Positions 12,839 through 25,218 are shown, counted from the first letter of the stretch. The stretch: DNA of 64,000 bases from Octopus bimaculoides (GCF_001194135.2 NC_068983.1:57963135-58027134); one strand, 5' to 3'. Numbers and translations are program-made. Notes: a model not told the origin generated them from the sequence alone.

Positions 12839-13045
12839 TGTGTCTGTGTTTGTTCCTCCACCATTGCTTGACAACCGATGTTGGTGTGTTTATGTCCCCA
12901 TAACTTGGCAGTTCAGCAAAAATGACCGTTATAATGAGTACTAAGCTTACAAAGAATAAGTCCTGGGTTTGATTAGTTCGTCTGAAGGCAGTGCTCCAGG
13001 ATGGCCGCAGTCAAATGACTGAAACAAGTAAAGGAATAAAAGAAC
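12646..13045 (+). mobile_element. Near-full-length SINE family A with an internal (TG)n microsatellite
   Basis: tRNA-like head, CORE-like GGCACCTTGGGTAAGAGTCTTCT block, (TG)n at about 12800, tail GGCAGTGCTCCAGGATGGCCGCAGTCAAATGACTGAAACAAG. More than 20 partial copies in the window. Confidence 0.88.
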
Positions 13046-13198
13046 ATATATAACATCTTCAGAGAAAGAGAAAGAAGAGAGAGATGCATATTTATATATG
13101 TGTGTATATATATGTTTATGAATATGTATATATGTATGTGTGCATATTTTATATTTGAATCTATCTATCTATCTATCTATCTATCTATATATATATAT

Positions 13199-13239
<41 letters not shown>

Positions 13240-13240
<1 letters not shown>

Positions 13241-13423
13241 TCTTTTATATGTTTCAGTCATTTGACTGTGGCTTTGCTGGAGCACCACTTTAGTCAATGA
13301 AATTGATCCCATGACTTATTCTATCAGCCTCTATTGTCGAACCATTAAGTTTCAGGGACCTAAACACACCAACATTGGTTGTCAAGTGATAGCAGGGGGA
13401 TAAACACAGATACACACACATAA

Positions 13424-13470
<47 letters not shown>

Positions 13471-13680
13471 NNNNNNNNNNNNNNNNNNNNNNNNNNNNNN
13501 NNNNNNNNNNNNNNNNNNNNNNNNNNNNNCCTTCAGTTTCTGTCTACCAAATTCAGTCATAAGGCTTTGGTCGAGGCTATAGTAGAAGACACTTACCCAA
13601 GGTGCCATACAGTGGGACTGAACCCAGAACCATGTAGTTGGGAAGCAGACTTCTTACCACACAGCCACTCCTGTGCCTAT
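13240..13680 (-). mobile_element. SINE family A with an internal (TA)n and gap
   Basis: Reverse complement of the 12646-13045 head and tail around (TA)n and Ns. Confidence 0.8.
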
Positions 13681-14454
13681 ATATCTATCTATATATATAT
13701 TTATATATATTTGTATATATATATATATTTATATGCACACACAAACACACATGTATACAGACATATAAACGCACATAACCAAACATTTACACATGTGCAT
13801 TATATTGTATTTCCTTCACTGTCTCATACACACACACACAGACAAACACACACACACACACACGTATGTATATATATAAAACCTATATACATTAGTTAAA
13901 TTCTGAAGTTATGAATCTGTAGACTGCACCAAGTCATCCGGCTGACTACCTACCTACGTGGTGCCATAGGTCAGCCCAATCAGAACTGACCTGGGGTTAT
14001 ACAACAACAACAATAACAGCAACAACAACAACAACAATGATGCCATTAGTGACACCATCATGACCAACAATAATGCTACCACCACCACCACCACCACCAT
14101 CAGAATCACTACCACTACCAACCAACAACACCAACCATCGGAACGATCACAATTCAAATTCATGATGCAGATTATTCTCAAAACAGGCATAAATGCACTC
14201 ATACGTGCACACATAAACATACATATAAAGTAACATACATATATATACATATATATATATACATACATATACATATATATATGTAAGTATATATATATAT
14301 ATATATANNNNNNNNNNNNNNNNNNNNNNNNNNNNNNNNNNNNNNNNNNNNNNNNNNNNNNNNNNNNNNNNNNNNNNNNNNNNNNNNNNNNNNNNNNNNN
14401 NNNNNNNNNNNNNNNNNNNNNNNNNNNNNNNNNNNNNNNNNNNNNNNNNNNNNN

Positions 14455-14500
<46 letters not shown>

Positions 14501-14811
14501 GATGCTACAAATATATCTTTATTAGCTTCAAAGTATAAACCTACTCCAGCTTTGCTGTTTCACTGCTTAATTTTATTTCATCTGCTTTGATCGTAGTCGT
14601 GAGGGTTATTTCACAAGACATTGATTGTTACGTGTTTCTTCTTTCGATGCTATGAACCACATTATTCCTCAGCTCTAAATAACAAACTTCACAGATCAAT
14701 GAACTATAATCTACAATGAAACTCAATGAGCCTTCATGTGCATTTGTCACGCTACTAGTGTTCACCATTAAGCACAACAGACATACACCATACATAATTA
14801 TTATTATCATT

Positions 14812-14821
14812 ATTATTATTA

Positions 14822-14852
<31 letters not shown>

Positions 14853-15072
14853 AATTATTATTATTGGCGAGCTGGCAGAATCGTTAGCACACTGGACGAG
14901 ATGCTTCGCAGTGTTTTGCCTGTCAATATGTTCTTATTTCAAGTTCAGCGTAGGTCAAATTTGCCTTTCATCCTTTCGGGGTCGATAAATTAAGTACCAG
15001 TGAAAAGCTGGTGTCGATGTAATTGAGTGGCCCCCTTTCCCCCAAATTTCAGGCTTTATGCCTATAGAAAGG

Positions 15073-15123
<51 letters not shown>

Positions 15124-15365
15124 GGCGAGATGGCAGAAATGTTAGCACGTCGGGTGAAATTTCGCCCATCATTACATTCTGAGTTCAAATTCTGCGGAGG
15201 TCAACTTTGCCTCTCATCCTTTCGGGGGTCGATAAAATAAGTACAAGTCAAGTACTGGGGTCAATATGATCGCTTTGTCCCCCTCTCCACAAAAATTCAG
15301 GCCTTGTGCCTATAGTAGAAAGGAATATTATTATTATTATTATTATTACTATTATTACTATTACC
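14812..15365 (+). mobile_element. Two tandem SINE B copies flanked and separated by (ATT)n
   Basis: B copies at about 14866-15070 and 15124-15325; (ATT)n at 14812, 15074 and 15326. Confidence 0.85.
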
Positions 15366-16141
15366 ATATCAGGGATGACATTCTTTGATGTATAGTTATT
15401 TCAGACAGTAATTTATGATTTGAAAGAGATTTGGTTGCTACCTCTAGCAGATTGCGCGACCACATTGAGAGTCCAACAATGCAGATGCTCTCACACAAAT
15501 GTTCTACCATGTCCTGCTGTTCACGTTTTGTTTACACAGTTAAATACTAAATACTTCTGCATCACTTTATCTATTAAGCAGCTTAGTACTACTAATGAAG
15601 CATTGACTTCTAGTCATAATAGTAAAAAAAAAATTTAAAGCCTGCCATGTAACGTTGAAGATTAAATGAAAAACTGACTTTGTGATATGTTTAATGTGGC
15701 ATTAAACTAGGAAATATTGAATGTTTCTCTTGTAAATAAATGAAATAATTGCATTTGTTTGTTTTCAATCTTTTGTCTTTGAAGAATTTTTAGTCAAAGA
15801 AAGCCATCTTAGTACTCGGATTTGTTTTTTTAAGCCTGGTACTTGGTCTCTTGGTTTCTTTTTGCCGACCCAGGGATGTAAACAAACCACCACTGGTTGT
15901 CATGCGGTAGTGGGGGACAAACACAGACACAAAGACACACACACAGACACAAAGACACACACATATATATATACATATATCATCATCATCATCATCATCA
16001 TAATTTGACATCTGTTGTCCATGCTGACATGGGTTAGATGGTAAGCTGAAGAGCTGCACCAGACTCCAGTCTGAGTTGGCATGGTTTCTCCCTAAATTCT
16101 AGCAATTATGTGTAATCATCAACCTTTTTAGTACCAACCTG

Positions 16142-16303
16142 CCCAAAATTGGCCCAAGACCAACCCAAACTGGTCCAAGACTGTCCCAAAACTAGCCCAT
16201 AACTGGCCCAAGTCTGGCCTAAAACCGGCCCAAAACTGGCCAATAACTGACCCAAGATTGGCCCAAAACTGGCCCATAATTGACCCAAGACAAGCTCAAA
16301 ACT
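16142..16303 (+). repeat. 11-bp minisatellite, consensus CCCAAAACTGG, about 14 degenerate units
   Basis: Direct reading of the repeated CCCAA(A/G)ACTGG units. Confidence 0.85.
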
Positions 16304-16679
16304 GTGATATAAACTTTGTTTTAAAGTAATCTGGACTAAAACCTTCAATCAAGATTTCAAATTAATTTATGTTCTAAGGACCAACTTACTAAGACTTTGA
16401 AATTTTGGCCAAAGGCTAGAAATTTTTAGGGTAGGGATTCAGTTGATTACATCAAACTCAGGACTTCAATGATATTTTATGTTATCAACCCTGAAGGGAT
16501 GAAAAGCAGAGACTACCGCAGAGAAATGCCAACTCACAACACAAAGACTTGTTGGAAAATCCAATCAGCATTTTGTCTGACATGCTAAAAATTCTACCTG
16601 CATGCAATGCCAAATGTTATTTTACCAAATTCTTCTTTGGAACATCAGTTAATGGTTTTAATTCAGATCCCTTTAAAAC

Positions 16680-16712
16680 ACACACATACACACATTCTCT
16701 CTCTTTCTTTCA

Positions 16713-16767
<55 letters not shown>

Positions 16768-17245
16768 CCTCACACGCACTCACATACACACCCAAACACA
16801 AACCTCTTCACATGTAGACACACCACACATCCAAATACAAATATACTCAAACATATACAGACACACACACATCCTCTCTCAGTCACATACACACACACAC
16901 ACTCTCACTCACAAACACACACTCTCTCTCTCTCTCTCACACACACACATACTCTTTCTCTCACACATACACACTCTCTCTCTCTCATACACTCTCGCTC
17001 TCTCTCACACATACACACACGCACTCTCACTCATAAACACACACTCTCTCTCTCTCACACACACACACACTCTCTCTCTCTCTCTCTCACACACACCCTC
17101 TCATACATTCTCGCTCGCTCTCACACATACACACACACACTCTCTCTCTCTCTCACACACACACACGCACTCTGTCACACATGCACCCATACTCTCTCTC
17201 TCACACACACATGTATGCACACACACACACACACACACACACACT
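16680..17245. repeat. Compound (CA)n/(CT)n microsatellite
   Basis: Low-complexity dinucleotide array; it produces the spurious ORFs 16549-17253 and 16607-17341. Confidence 0.95.
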
Positions 17246-17399
17246 TCTACTAAAAGGTTGTCATTTTCTAATAAGCTAACAAAGAGATTTTTATATCCTT
17301 TCATTAATCTCAACATATGCTTCATGAAATATTTTATTTAATTTCAAAAAGGACAAAAAAAAAACCCAAACCAACCCATCTTTCTTTCCAATGTTATTG

Positions 17400-18230
17400 T
17401 CGGCTTTATGATAGGAGACAGCAGTAAGTCCTCCACAAGTTAACATTCACGACATTCTTTATTATCTCATTTGGTATGCGACCAATGGTTTTAGGTACGT
17501 ATGAACGTTGCAAGCAATTACATTTTCTCCATCCCTTAAAATCAATAACACTAGTCAATAAGATGGATAGCTTTGATTAGGAAAAAGTCAAATTATTTCA
17601 GTGTAGAGTATTTTTATGAACAAAATAGGATAAAAGACAAACAAAAAACATTGATTGATTTGTGCTTTTTAATCCTCTTGTCAAAGTAATTCTTGACGAG
17701 ATGAAAATAAAACAGAGTGAAGAAAAGGCATTTATGATTTAAAAAAGGCAGGGTTTTGTGAACGAGAAGCTTTAACAGAGACAGAAATTGTAAGTCGTTT
17801 GAACAAAACTGGAGATCAGTGACCGAGTAACATCGAAATATATGGTGAGATAAATGTATGGCATTAAATACATCTTTATTCATGAGACAGTCGAATAAAA
17901 CTAATTCTACGAATTTGCGATTGATGAGAACTAAATGCATATTAGAAGTTGATCAATTCTGTTGATATTTCCCCCGACTTTAACCTTATGAAATTAATGT
18001 ATTGTTCAGATAACTGAGTAGGATGGCAAATTTAATGCAGACAGCATCGCAGTTAGGTATTCATTGAATATGAATAACTTCACAGTACCATTTTTATAAT
18101 TCTTTATTCGTCATTGCCCTCAATCATAATGTGTTTTAGATGTATTTTTGCTACACATTTCTGTATTTTCTATATAAGGGTCATTACTAAATGTGGTAAT
18201 ACGGTGTCTTACTACTGTTAATGATGTTAA
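17400..18230 (-). pseudogene. Candidate decayed LRR-protein coding remnant
   Basis: 108-aa ORF 17614-17940 with SVTDLQFCSNDLQFL and TLFYFHLVKNYF; upstream LTSLTVVRHRITTF; downstream VIDFKGWRKCNCL (LRR-CT-like). Recognised by eye only. Confidence 0.38.
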
Positions 18231-18235
18231 TTAGT

Positions 18236-18890
18236 GAAGGAATGTGGCGTAGTGGTCAGGGTATTTCGCTTGTAATGACAAGGTCGTGAGTTCAATTTAC
18301 TGGTATGCATTGTGACCTTGAGCAAGTCACTTTATTTTATACTGCTCCAGTCCACTCAGCTGGCAAAAATGAGTTGTACTTGTAATTCAAAAGGGCCAGC
18401 CTTGTCACATTCTATGTCACACGCTGAATCTCCTTGAGAACTATATTAAGAGTACACATGGTCTGTGGACTACTCAGCCACTTGTACATTAGTTTCACAA
18501 GTAGGTTGTTCCGTTGACCAGATCAGTAGGGACAATCATGAAACCGATGCAAAGCCAGGCCATCTAACAACTCATGTATGGCTTAGTGGTTAAGGACATT
18601 CAGCTCATGACCACAAGGCTGTGAGTTCAAGTCATAGCTGTGAATTGGGTCCTTGAGCAAGACACTTTATTTCAACTTCTCCAGTCCACACAGCTGGCAA
18701 AAATTAGTTAAATCTGATTTTCAAATGGCCAGCCTCATCACATTTTGTATCATGTTAAATTTCAAACTATGTTAAAAAGTATGTGTGTCTGTGGAGTGCT
18801 CAGCTACTCACACATTAATTCCATGAGCAGGCTGTTACATCAGTCAGATCACCTTGAACCCACATTGTCATAACCAATGGAATGCCAGTT
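18236..18890 (+). mobile_element. Two tandem SINE family C copies
   Basis: A box TGGCGTAGTGG / TGGCTTAGTGG, B box GAGTTCAA, shared body CTCCAGTCCAC(T/A)CAGCTGGCAAAAA...GTCTGTGGA(C/G)T.CTCAGC. Confidence 0.8.
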
Positions 18891-19459
18891 ATGTCTACAC
18901 CTTAGCTGCTTCTAATAATTCTTGTGTATCCTGACTCAATACCCCAGGATTCGTGTAATTTGTTTGTATTTTAGGTTATAAATTTGGGAAGCCCATTCTT
19001 CTGGGTTTATTAGGTTAAAAGAAATAGACTTCTGTCATATAACTTTTTTTGCGTATGTTAAAGACATTACAAGCGAAATATAATCATAAAGATTTTATAT
19101 TTCAAGTAATCTTTGTTGTTTTAGATTATTGTTTTTTTTAATACTCATTTTTACATTAACCCTACTCATTTAAAGTACCCTAATTTGGTACTTTATTGTC
19201 TGAGGCTAATTATCTTGCATATTACTCATTCTATTAACTGACAATCATTTTAGTTTGGTACTCATTTCATTAATTGTTGCTCATTTTATCAATTAGTACT
19301 CATTTTATGGAATGGTTCTCATTTTACTGAGTTGTGCTCATTTTATTGAGTATGCCTCATTTTATCAAGATGATGATGGTGATGATGATGACGATGACGA
19401 CGATGATAATGATGATGATGATGACTACGGCAATGATGATGATGGTGATGATAACAGCA

Positions 19460-19490
<31 letters not shown>

Positions 19491-19570
19491 GAAAGACGGT
19501 GGGGTCAATTTGTTGCATTTTCTCCTGGGATTATCCCTGACAAATTTTATTGTATCTCTTGAACACTAGA

Positions 19571-19644
<74 letters not shown>

Positions 19645-20299
19645 TAATAAACTTCTCTAGTTCAAAAACAAATATTTATAGTTTGACGGATAGCTCTTAT
19701 TATATTGGCAGTTCCATGTTTATAACTTGCTTTCTTTTCTCGAACAAAACATTATGAGCTTGTTGATTCTTTGAGAGATTGGTACTGTGGTATCGGAGGG
19801 GGGAAGAGTTAACCAACAATTAAAGAATACTTAATTGTGGATTTGCAAAAAAAACAACACAAAGAAGAAGGACAGTTTTAACTCTTTGAGTCACAATAAA
19901 ACTAAAATAAAACAAATAAGTATAAAAATGAATTAGAAATCCTTGTGATCAAAGAATTAAAGAAAACTGCATGAAATTATTTTTTCATTAAATATGGAAA
20001 ATGAAAAAAGAAATACAATACTTAACAATAATTAATATTTCAAAGAAAGGTTAATGATACAAACGCATACAAGTTTTCTAAGAGGACATATTATGGTTCC
20101 AAACTAGTTTTATATCTTCAATTAATACTTCTAAAAACCTAATTTTTAGCTTCATTGGTTACTAATTGAATCTTAAAACACAAAGATAGCCTTTTTTTCA
20201 TAAATGTAATCGTTGTGATGAGATTAAAGCGAAAAAATGTTAATGTCTTGTGACGGATCATACTAAAGGTCAACCCGGTAAAATTTGATTCCAAGAAGA

Positions 20300-20535
20300 T
20301 GGACATCATTGGTTCTGTAAATAATTACCATTAAAATCATCTCTGTAATCCTTCATAATTAGTTTGGTAATGTTGTGGAGCCTGAAACAAGGAACAAACA
20401 ATCTTTGGTGTTAATCTACATTATTTAATAGTTGGGAGTACTTATTCGTTATTTGTAGCAGCAAATTTATCAAAGAGAAATTTACCTTTGTAAAAAATAA
20501 GGTGTTTCTATCAAAGACTCGTTTGCGTCATTAAC
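20300..20535. repeat. Diverged duplicate of 22780-22975 (non-transposon-like unique sequence)
   Basis: Shared blocks ATTACCATTAAAATCA...TGTAATCCTTCATAATTAGTT and ATAAGGT.TTT..ATCAAAGAC.CGTTT..GTCATTAACT. Confidence 0.8.
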
Positions 20536-20703
20536 TCATCATCATCATCATCATTGTTGTCTTTATCTTTGTCATTGTCATCATCATCATCATCATAATT
20601 GTTATCATTGTCATCATCGTCGTCATCATCATCATCATCATCATCATCATAATCATCATCATCATCCGCATCATTCTCATCATCATCATAATTGTTATCA
20701 TTG

Positions 20704-20740
<37 letters not shown>

Positions 20741-21500
20741 TCTCATCATCATCATCATCATTGTTATCATTGTCATTATCGTCGTCATCATCATCATCAT
20801 CATCNNNNNNNNNNNNNNNNNNNNNNNNNNNNNNNNNNNNNNNNNNNNNNNNNNNNNNNNNNNNNNNNNNNNNNNNNNNNNNNNNNNNNNNNNNNNNNNN
20901 NNNNNNNNNNNNNNNNNNNNNNNNNNNNNNNNNNNNNNNNNNNNNNNNNNNNNNNNNNNNNNNNNNNNNNNNNNNNNNNNNNNNNNNNNNNNNNNNNNNN
21001 NNNNNNNNNNNNNNNNNNNNNNNNNNNNNNNNNNNNNNNNNNNNNNNNNNNNNNNNNNNNNNNNNNNNNNNNNNNNNNNNNNNNNNNNNNNNNNNNNNNN
21101 NNNNNNNNNNNNNNNNNNNNNNNNNNNNNNNNNNNNNNNNNNNNNNNNNNNNNNNNNNNNNNNNNNNNNCATCATCATCATCATCTTCATCATCATCGTC
21201 ACCATCAACATTATTGTCATCATCATCATCTTCTTCATCATCATCATCACCATCAACATTATTGTCATCAGCATCATAATCATCATCATCATCATCATTA
21301 TCATTGACATCACTGTCATTATCACCGTCATTATCATCATTATTATCATCATAACTGTCATAATCATCATCATCATCATCATCATCATAATCATCATCAC
21401 CATCATATTTATCATTGTTGTCATCATCATCATCATCAACATCTGGACTGTCATCAGTATTGACACTGTCATTTTCATCCGCAGCAGCCACAGTCACAGC
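20535..21500. repeat. Degenerate (ATC)n/(GAT)n trinucleotide expansion with a gap
   Basis: Source of the Asp-rich and Met-rich ORFs; lies next to an RTE tail at about 21550-21700. Confidence 0.9.
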
Positions 21501-22779
21501 AACAGAAGCATCGTTGCAATCATCTTTGGTGTGATGGTGGTGGTGATGTCATCATCATCATTGTCATTGTTTTAATATCCACTTTTCTATACCTGCATGG
21601 GTCAGACAGAATTTGTTAAGGTTGGCTCTTCTACAGCTAGACACCTTTCCTGTCACCAACCCTCACCTCTTTCTAAACGAGGTAATATTTCCCCAGTTCA
21701 GACATGTCTCCATAGAATATTGGCACTGGCATCATTGTCATGGTACATAAAAAGCACCATTCTAGCATGCATGTCTGATGCTAGTGCCAGTGACATTTAA
21801 AAAGCATCATTCTAGTACGGTCGACGCCAGTGCCACCTGACTGGCACCCATGTCGGTGACACATAATTAGGCCTTTAACTTGAATGATTATTATTATTAT
21901 TATTATTATTAAACCCTGACATTTTATGTATTGTATTAATAAGAGCTTTCCTACTTGTACAGATATTTCTACTTTATTCCTATTTTATTTTATTTGTATT
22001 TTTTAAATAATGGAATATGTTATTTGAATTTATAAAGACCTGAAGAGTGACTTCATTCTGAAAAGAATTTATCTTGATCGATTTCTTGTGAATTGCACAG
22101 ATTTTTTCTGCTATTATGTGGCCATGAAACACGCATAGTCTACAATTCACTTTCTTTTTTATCANNNNNNNNNNNNNNNNNNNNNNNNNNNNNNNNNNNN
22201 NNNNNNNNNNNNNNNNNNNNNNNNNNNNNNNNNNNNNNNNNNNNNNNNNNNNNNNNNNNNNNNNNNNNNNNNNNNNNNNNNNNNNNNNNNNNNNNNNNNN
22301 NNNNNNNNNNNNNNNNNNNNNNNNNNNNNNNNNNNNNNNNNNNNNNNNNNNNNNNNNNNNNNNNNNNNNNNNNNNNNNNNNNNNNNNNNNNNNNNNNNNN
22401 NNNNNNNNNNNNNNNNNNNNNNNNNNNNNNNNNNNNNNNNNNNNNNNNNNNNNNNNNNNNNNNNNNNNNNNNNNNNNNNNNNNNNNNNNNNNNNNNNNNN
22501 NNNNNNNNNNNNNNNNNNATATATATATATATATATATATACATGCACACATATATCTGCATATATGCATACACACATACAAACACACATATAAATATAA
22601 ACATATAAACACATTCACATATACATATATGTATATGATGGGCTTCTTTTAGTTCCCATCAAACAAAACGACTCACAAAACTATGGTGATCTAAGGCTAT
22701 AGTCGAAGACAATTTCCCAAAATGCCATGCAGAGGAAGTGAACCTGAAGCCATGTGTTTGAGGAGCAAACATTTTAAAT

Positions 22780-22975
22780 GATTACCATTAAAATCAATGT
22801 AATCCTTCATAATTAGTTAGATAATGTTGAAGTCTGTGCCAAAGAACAAAAGATCTTTAGTGAATTTACATCTTTCAATATTCAAAATATTCATTCACCA
22901 CGCATTCATGAAAGACAAATTATCTTCATAAAACATAAGGTCTTTACATCAAAGACACGTTTTGGTCATTAACTT
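22780..22975. repeat. Diverged duplicate of 20300-20535
   Basis: Same shared blocks; the middle section has diverged with indels. Confidence 0.8.
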
Positions 22976-23003
22976 AGAAAGTATTGTACTAAACTTTTAG
23001 CAA

Positions 23004-23222
23004 TAAAGATCGTTTGCCAACATAACATGACAGTCCTGGTTTAGGACAAGTGTTGCTGTAATTTAGCCCCAGGAGACATCGTCTTCAGCTGGTTATACGA
23101 CACGATCTGTGACCTTATATCTGTGCTCTATAGCCAACTGGAGACAATGTCTTCTGGGGCTAAATTACAGCAACATTCGTCCTAAACCAGGACTGCCATG
23201 TTATGTTGGCAAACAATCTTTA
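23004..23222. mobile_element. Foldback/MITE-like element with 94-bp inverted arms and a 31-bp spacer
   Basis: 23004-23097 is the reverse complement of 23129-23222, with about 9 mismatches. Confidence 0.8.
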
Positions 23223-23280
23223 CTACAAAGTACTGTTGCTGAATATCTCACATTGTGAGATTTAGAAATAGTAATTTTCT

Positions 23281-23505
23281 AAACCTTTAGAATTCACATT
23301 ATTCTGTCAAAAGTAATGCTCGTTAATTCACCTTGTTTCAAATTAATCAGACACTATTTTGTAGTTTTGAGATTTTGATCAAGTAACTTTTAATTTTTAG
23401 AATTATATTGTAGGGTTAGTGTGAGAGGTCAGATCAGGCCAGTTTGAACATAAAATGGGTGAAATATTTTGGACAGATATGGCCTGTTTAAATTCTAAAG
23501 GGTTT
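23281..23505. mobile_element. MITE with short TIRs, possibly piggyBac-like (TTAA-CCC...GGG-TTAA type)
   Basis: Left end AAACCTTTAGAATT and right end AATTCTAAAGGGTTT are inverted. A related left end at 60961 begins TTAACCCTTTAGC. Confidence 0.55.
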
Positions 23506-23749
23506 GTTAAATTGGCTGGACACAGACCATGCATAGCTGACCACAGAAGATAACCAGCACCCTACCAAGAGATTGACAGTTAGTACCCTGAATAGCACTG
23601 AATTGTGTCTTTGTGAAAACCAACATCCTTCTGATGGCTCAGTCCATTTAGCTGTAAGCAGGTATCACTAAGTAGGAATATTTCTCAAGCCAAGAGCTAA
23701 AAGTACTAATATTTTATTTGTAGAACTGATTTCAGATCTTCATGTGATC

Positions 23750-24450
23750 ATAATCTTTTCTACTCTAGGCACAAGGCCCAAAATTTTAGGGGAGGGGGCC
23801 AGTCTATTAGATTGACCTCAGTACAAAACTAGTGCTTAATTTATCAACCTCGAAAGGATGAAAGACAAAGTCAGCCTCGGTGGAATTTGAACGTAAAGAC
23901 AGACAAAATACCGCTAAGTATTTCGCCCAGCATGCAAACGTTTCTGCCAGCTTGCCGGCTTGAGATAAAAATAGTAATAATAATCCTTTCTACTATAGGC
24001 ACAAGGCCGGAAATTTTGGGGGAAGGCGCAAGTCGATTACATCGATCCCCAGTACAAAAACTGGTAGTTAATTTATCAACCCCAAAAATGACAAAAGGCA
24101 AAGTCGACCTCGGTGGAATTTGAACTCAGAACGTAAAGACAGACGAAATACTGCTTAGTATTTTGTGCAGCATGTTAAGGTTTCTGCCAGTTCGCTGCCT
24201 TCTTCATGTTACCATAATGTCAATATTGATGAGTTAAACCAGGCAGTGAGCTGGCAGAAATGTTAGCACACTGTGCGAAATGCTTAGTGGTATTTCTGAG
24301 TTCAAATTCTACTGAGGTCGACTTTGCCTTTCATCTTTTTAGGGTCAATAAATTAAGTATCAGTTGCATACTGTGGTCAATCTAATCCACTGCTCCCCCC
24401 CCCCTCACTAAAAATTTCAGTCCTTGTGTCTAGAGTAGAAAAGAATATTG
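23750..24450. mobile_element. Cluster of three SINE B copies (two tandem on minus, one on plus)
   Basis: B central block at about 23840-23880 (-), 24070-24120 (-) and 24315-24360 (+). Confidence 0.8.
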
Positions 24451-24989
24451 ATGGGTTAAACAGATTGATATTAGCAAGACTTTATGGGAAGTGGTGTCCC
24501 CATAATGTAATTAATTAAGGAATGTCTCTCATAGGGAGAGAAGGGCCTGTAAGGATTGAAATGTGACAAACAAACAAACAAACAAAAATGACTAGAAACA
24601 ATACCTCCACCTTCATTAAGGCAGAGGTAAAACTATAGTGGGATTCTTTACAAACATAGAATGGCTATAAGGGTCCAGTTCAGTAAAATAAGAACCAAAG
24701 GGGTCCATAGAGAGAAATGGTTGAGAATTACTGTACTAGGGTAATGGATTAACAAAGGATTCTTTCCCTCTATATACATATCGTTGCTATTATGCAACAG
24801 TCTTGTAAGTCCAAAACGTTGCTTTTTCAGAAAAAGAAAAAATGGTTTCCCTTTTCCATTTCATTTTACATTAGAAACAGTTTCAGCTTAACAATAATAC
24901 TTCGTTGGGTGCATAAAATCGTAACTCCATGCATGTTTGATATTTTCAGTCAGAAATATTTTTGCAAAACTATCCTATGTGGGACTTAC

Positions 24990-25218
24990 TACACTTTTGA
25001 AAAATGCTAAACCATTGTAGTACACTTTGACAATTTTCATATCTTGACATCTGAAGCAGTTGGAGATAAGATAGTTTGACCAAAAGATCCGGCTATTGCA
25101 AGCAGAATTTAAATATTGCAAAAAATGCATTTGCCCAAATTTGCACATACGACAGTCTAACATAATAGGAACGATACTGTTGGTGTACAAGTCTTCTTTG
25201 TCTTCCATCCTTCCAGAG
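24990..25218 (-). CDS. Candidate 229-nt exon, Cys-rich or LRR-like, product unknown
   Basis: Acceptor tttcttttatcag|, donor GTA|gtaagt, stop-free frame SGRMEDK...DCRMCKF...FRCQDMKIVKVYYNGLAFFKSV, ATG at 25208 in an AGGATGG context. An overlapping 102-aa ORF in another frame makes the reading frame ambiguous. Confidence 0.35.

Noticed and set aside
20511-21497. 328-aa Asp-rich ORF resembling aspein/Asprich proteins
   Set aside because: It is a (GAT)n expansion next to an RTE (GAT)n tail. More than a third is N, the Met frame is equally open, and GAT mutates to a stop only by two changes.
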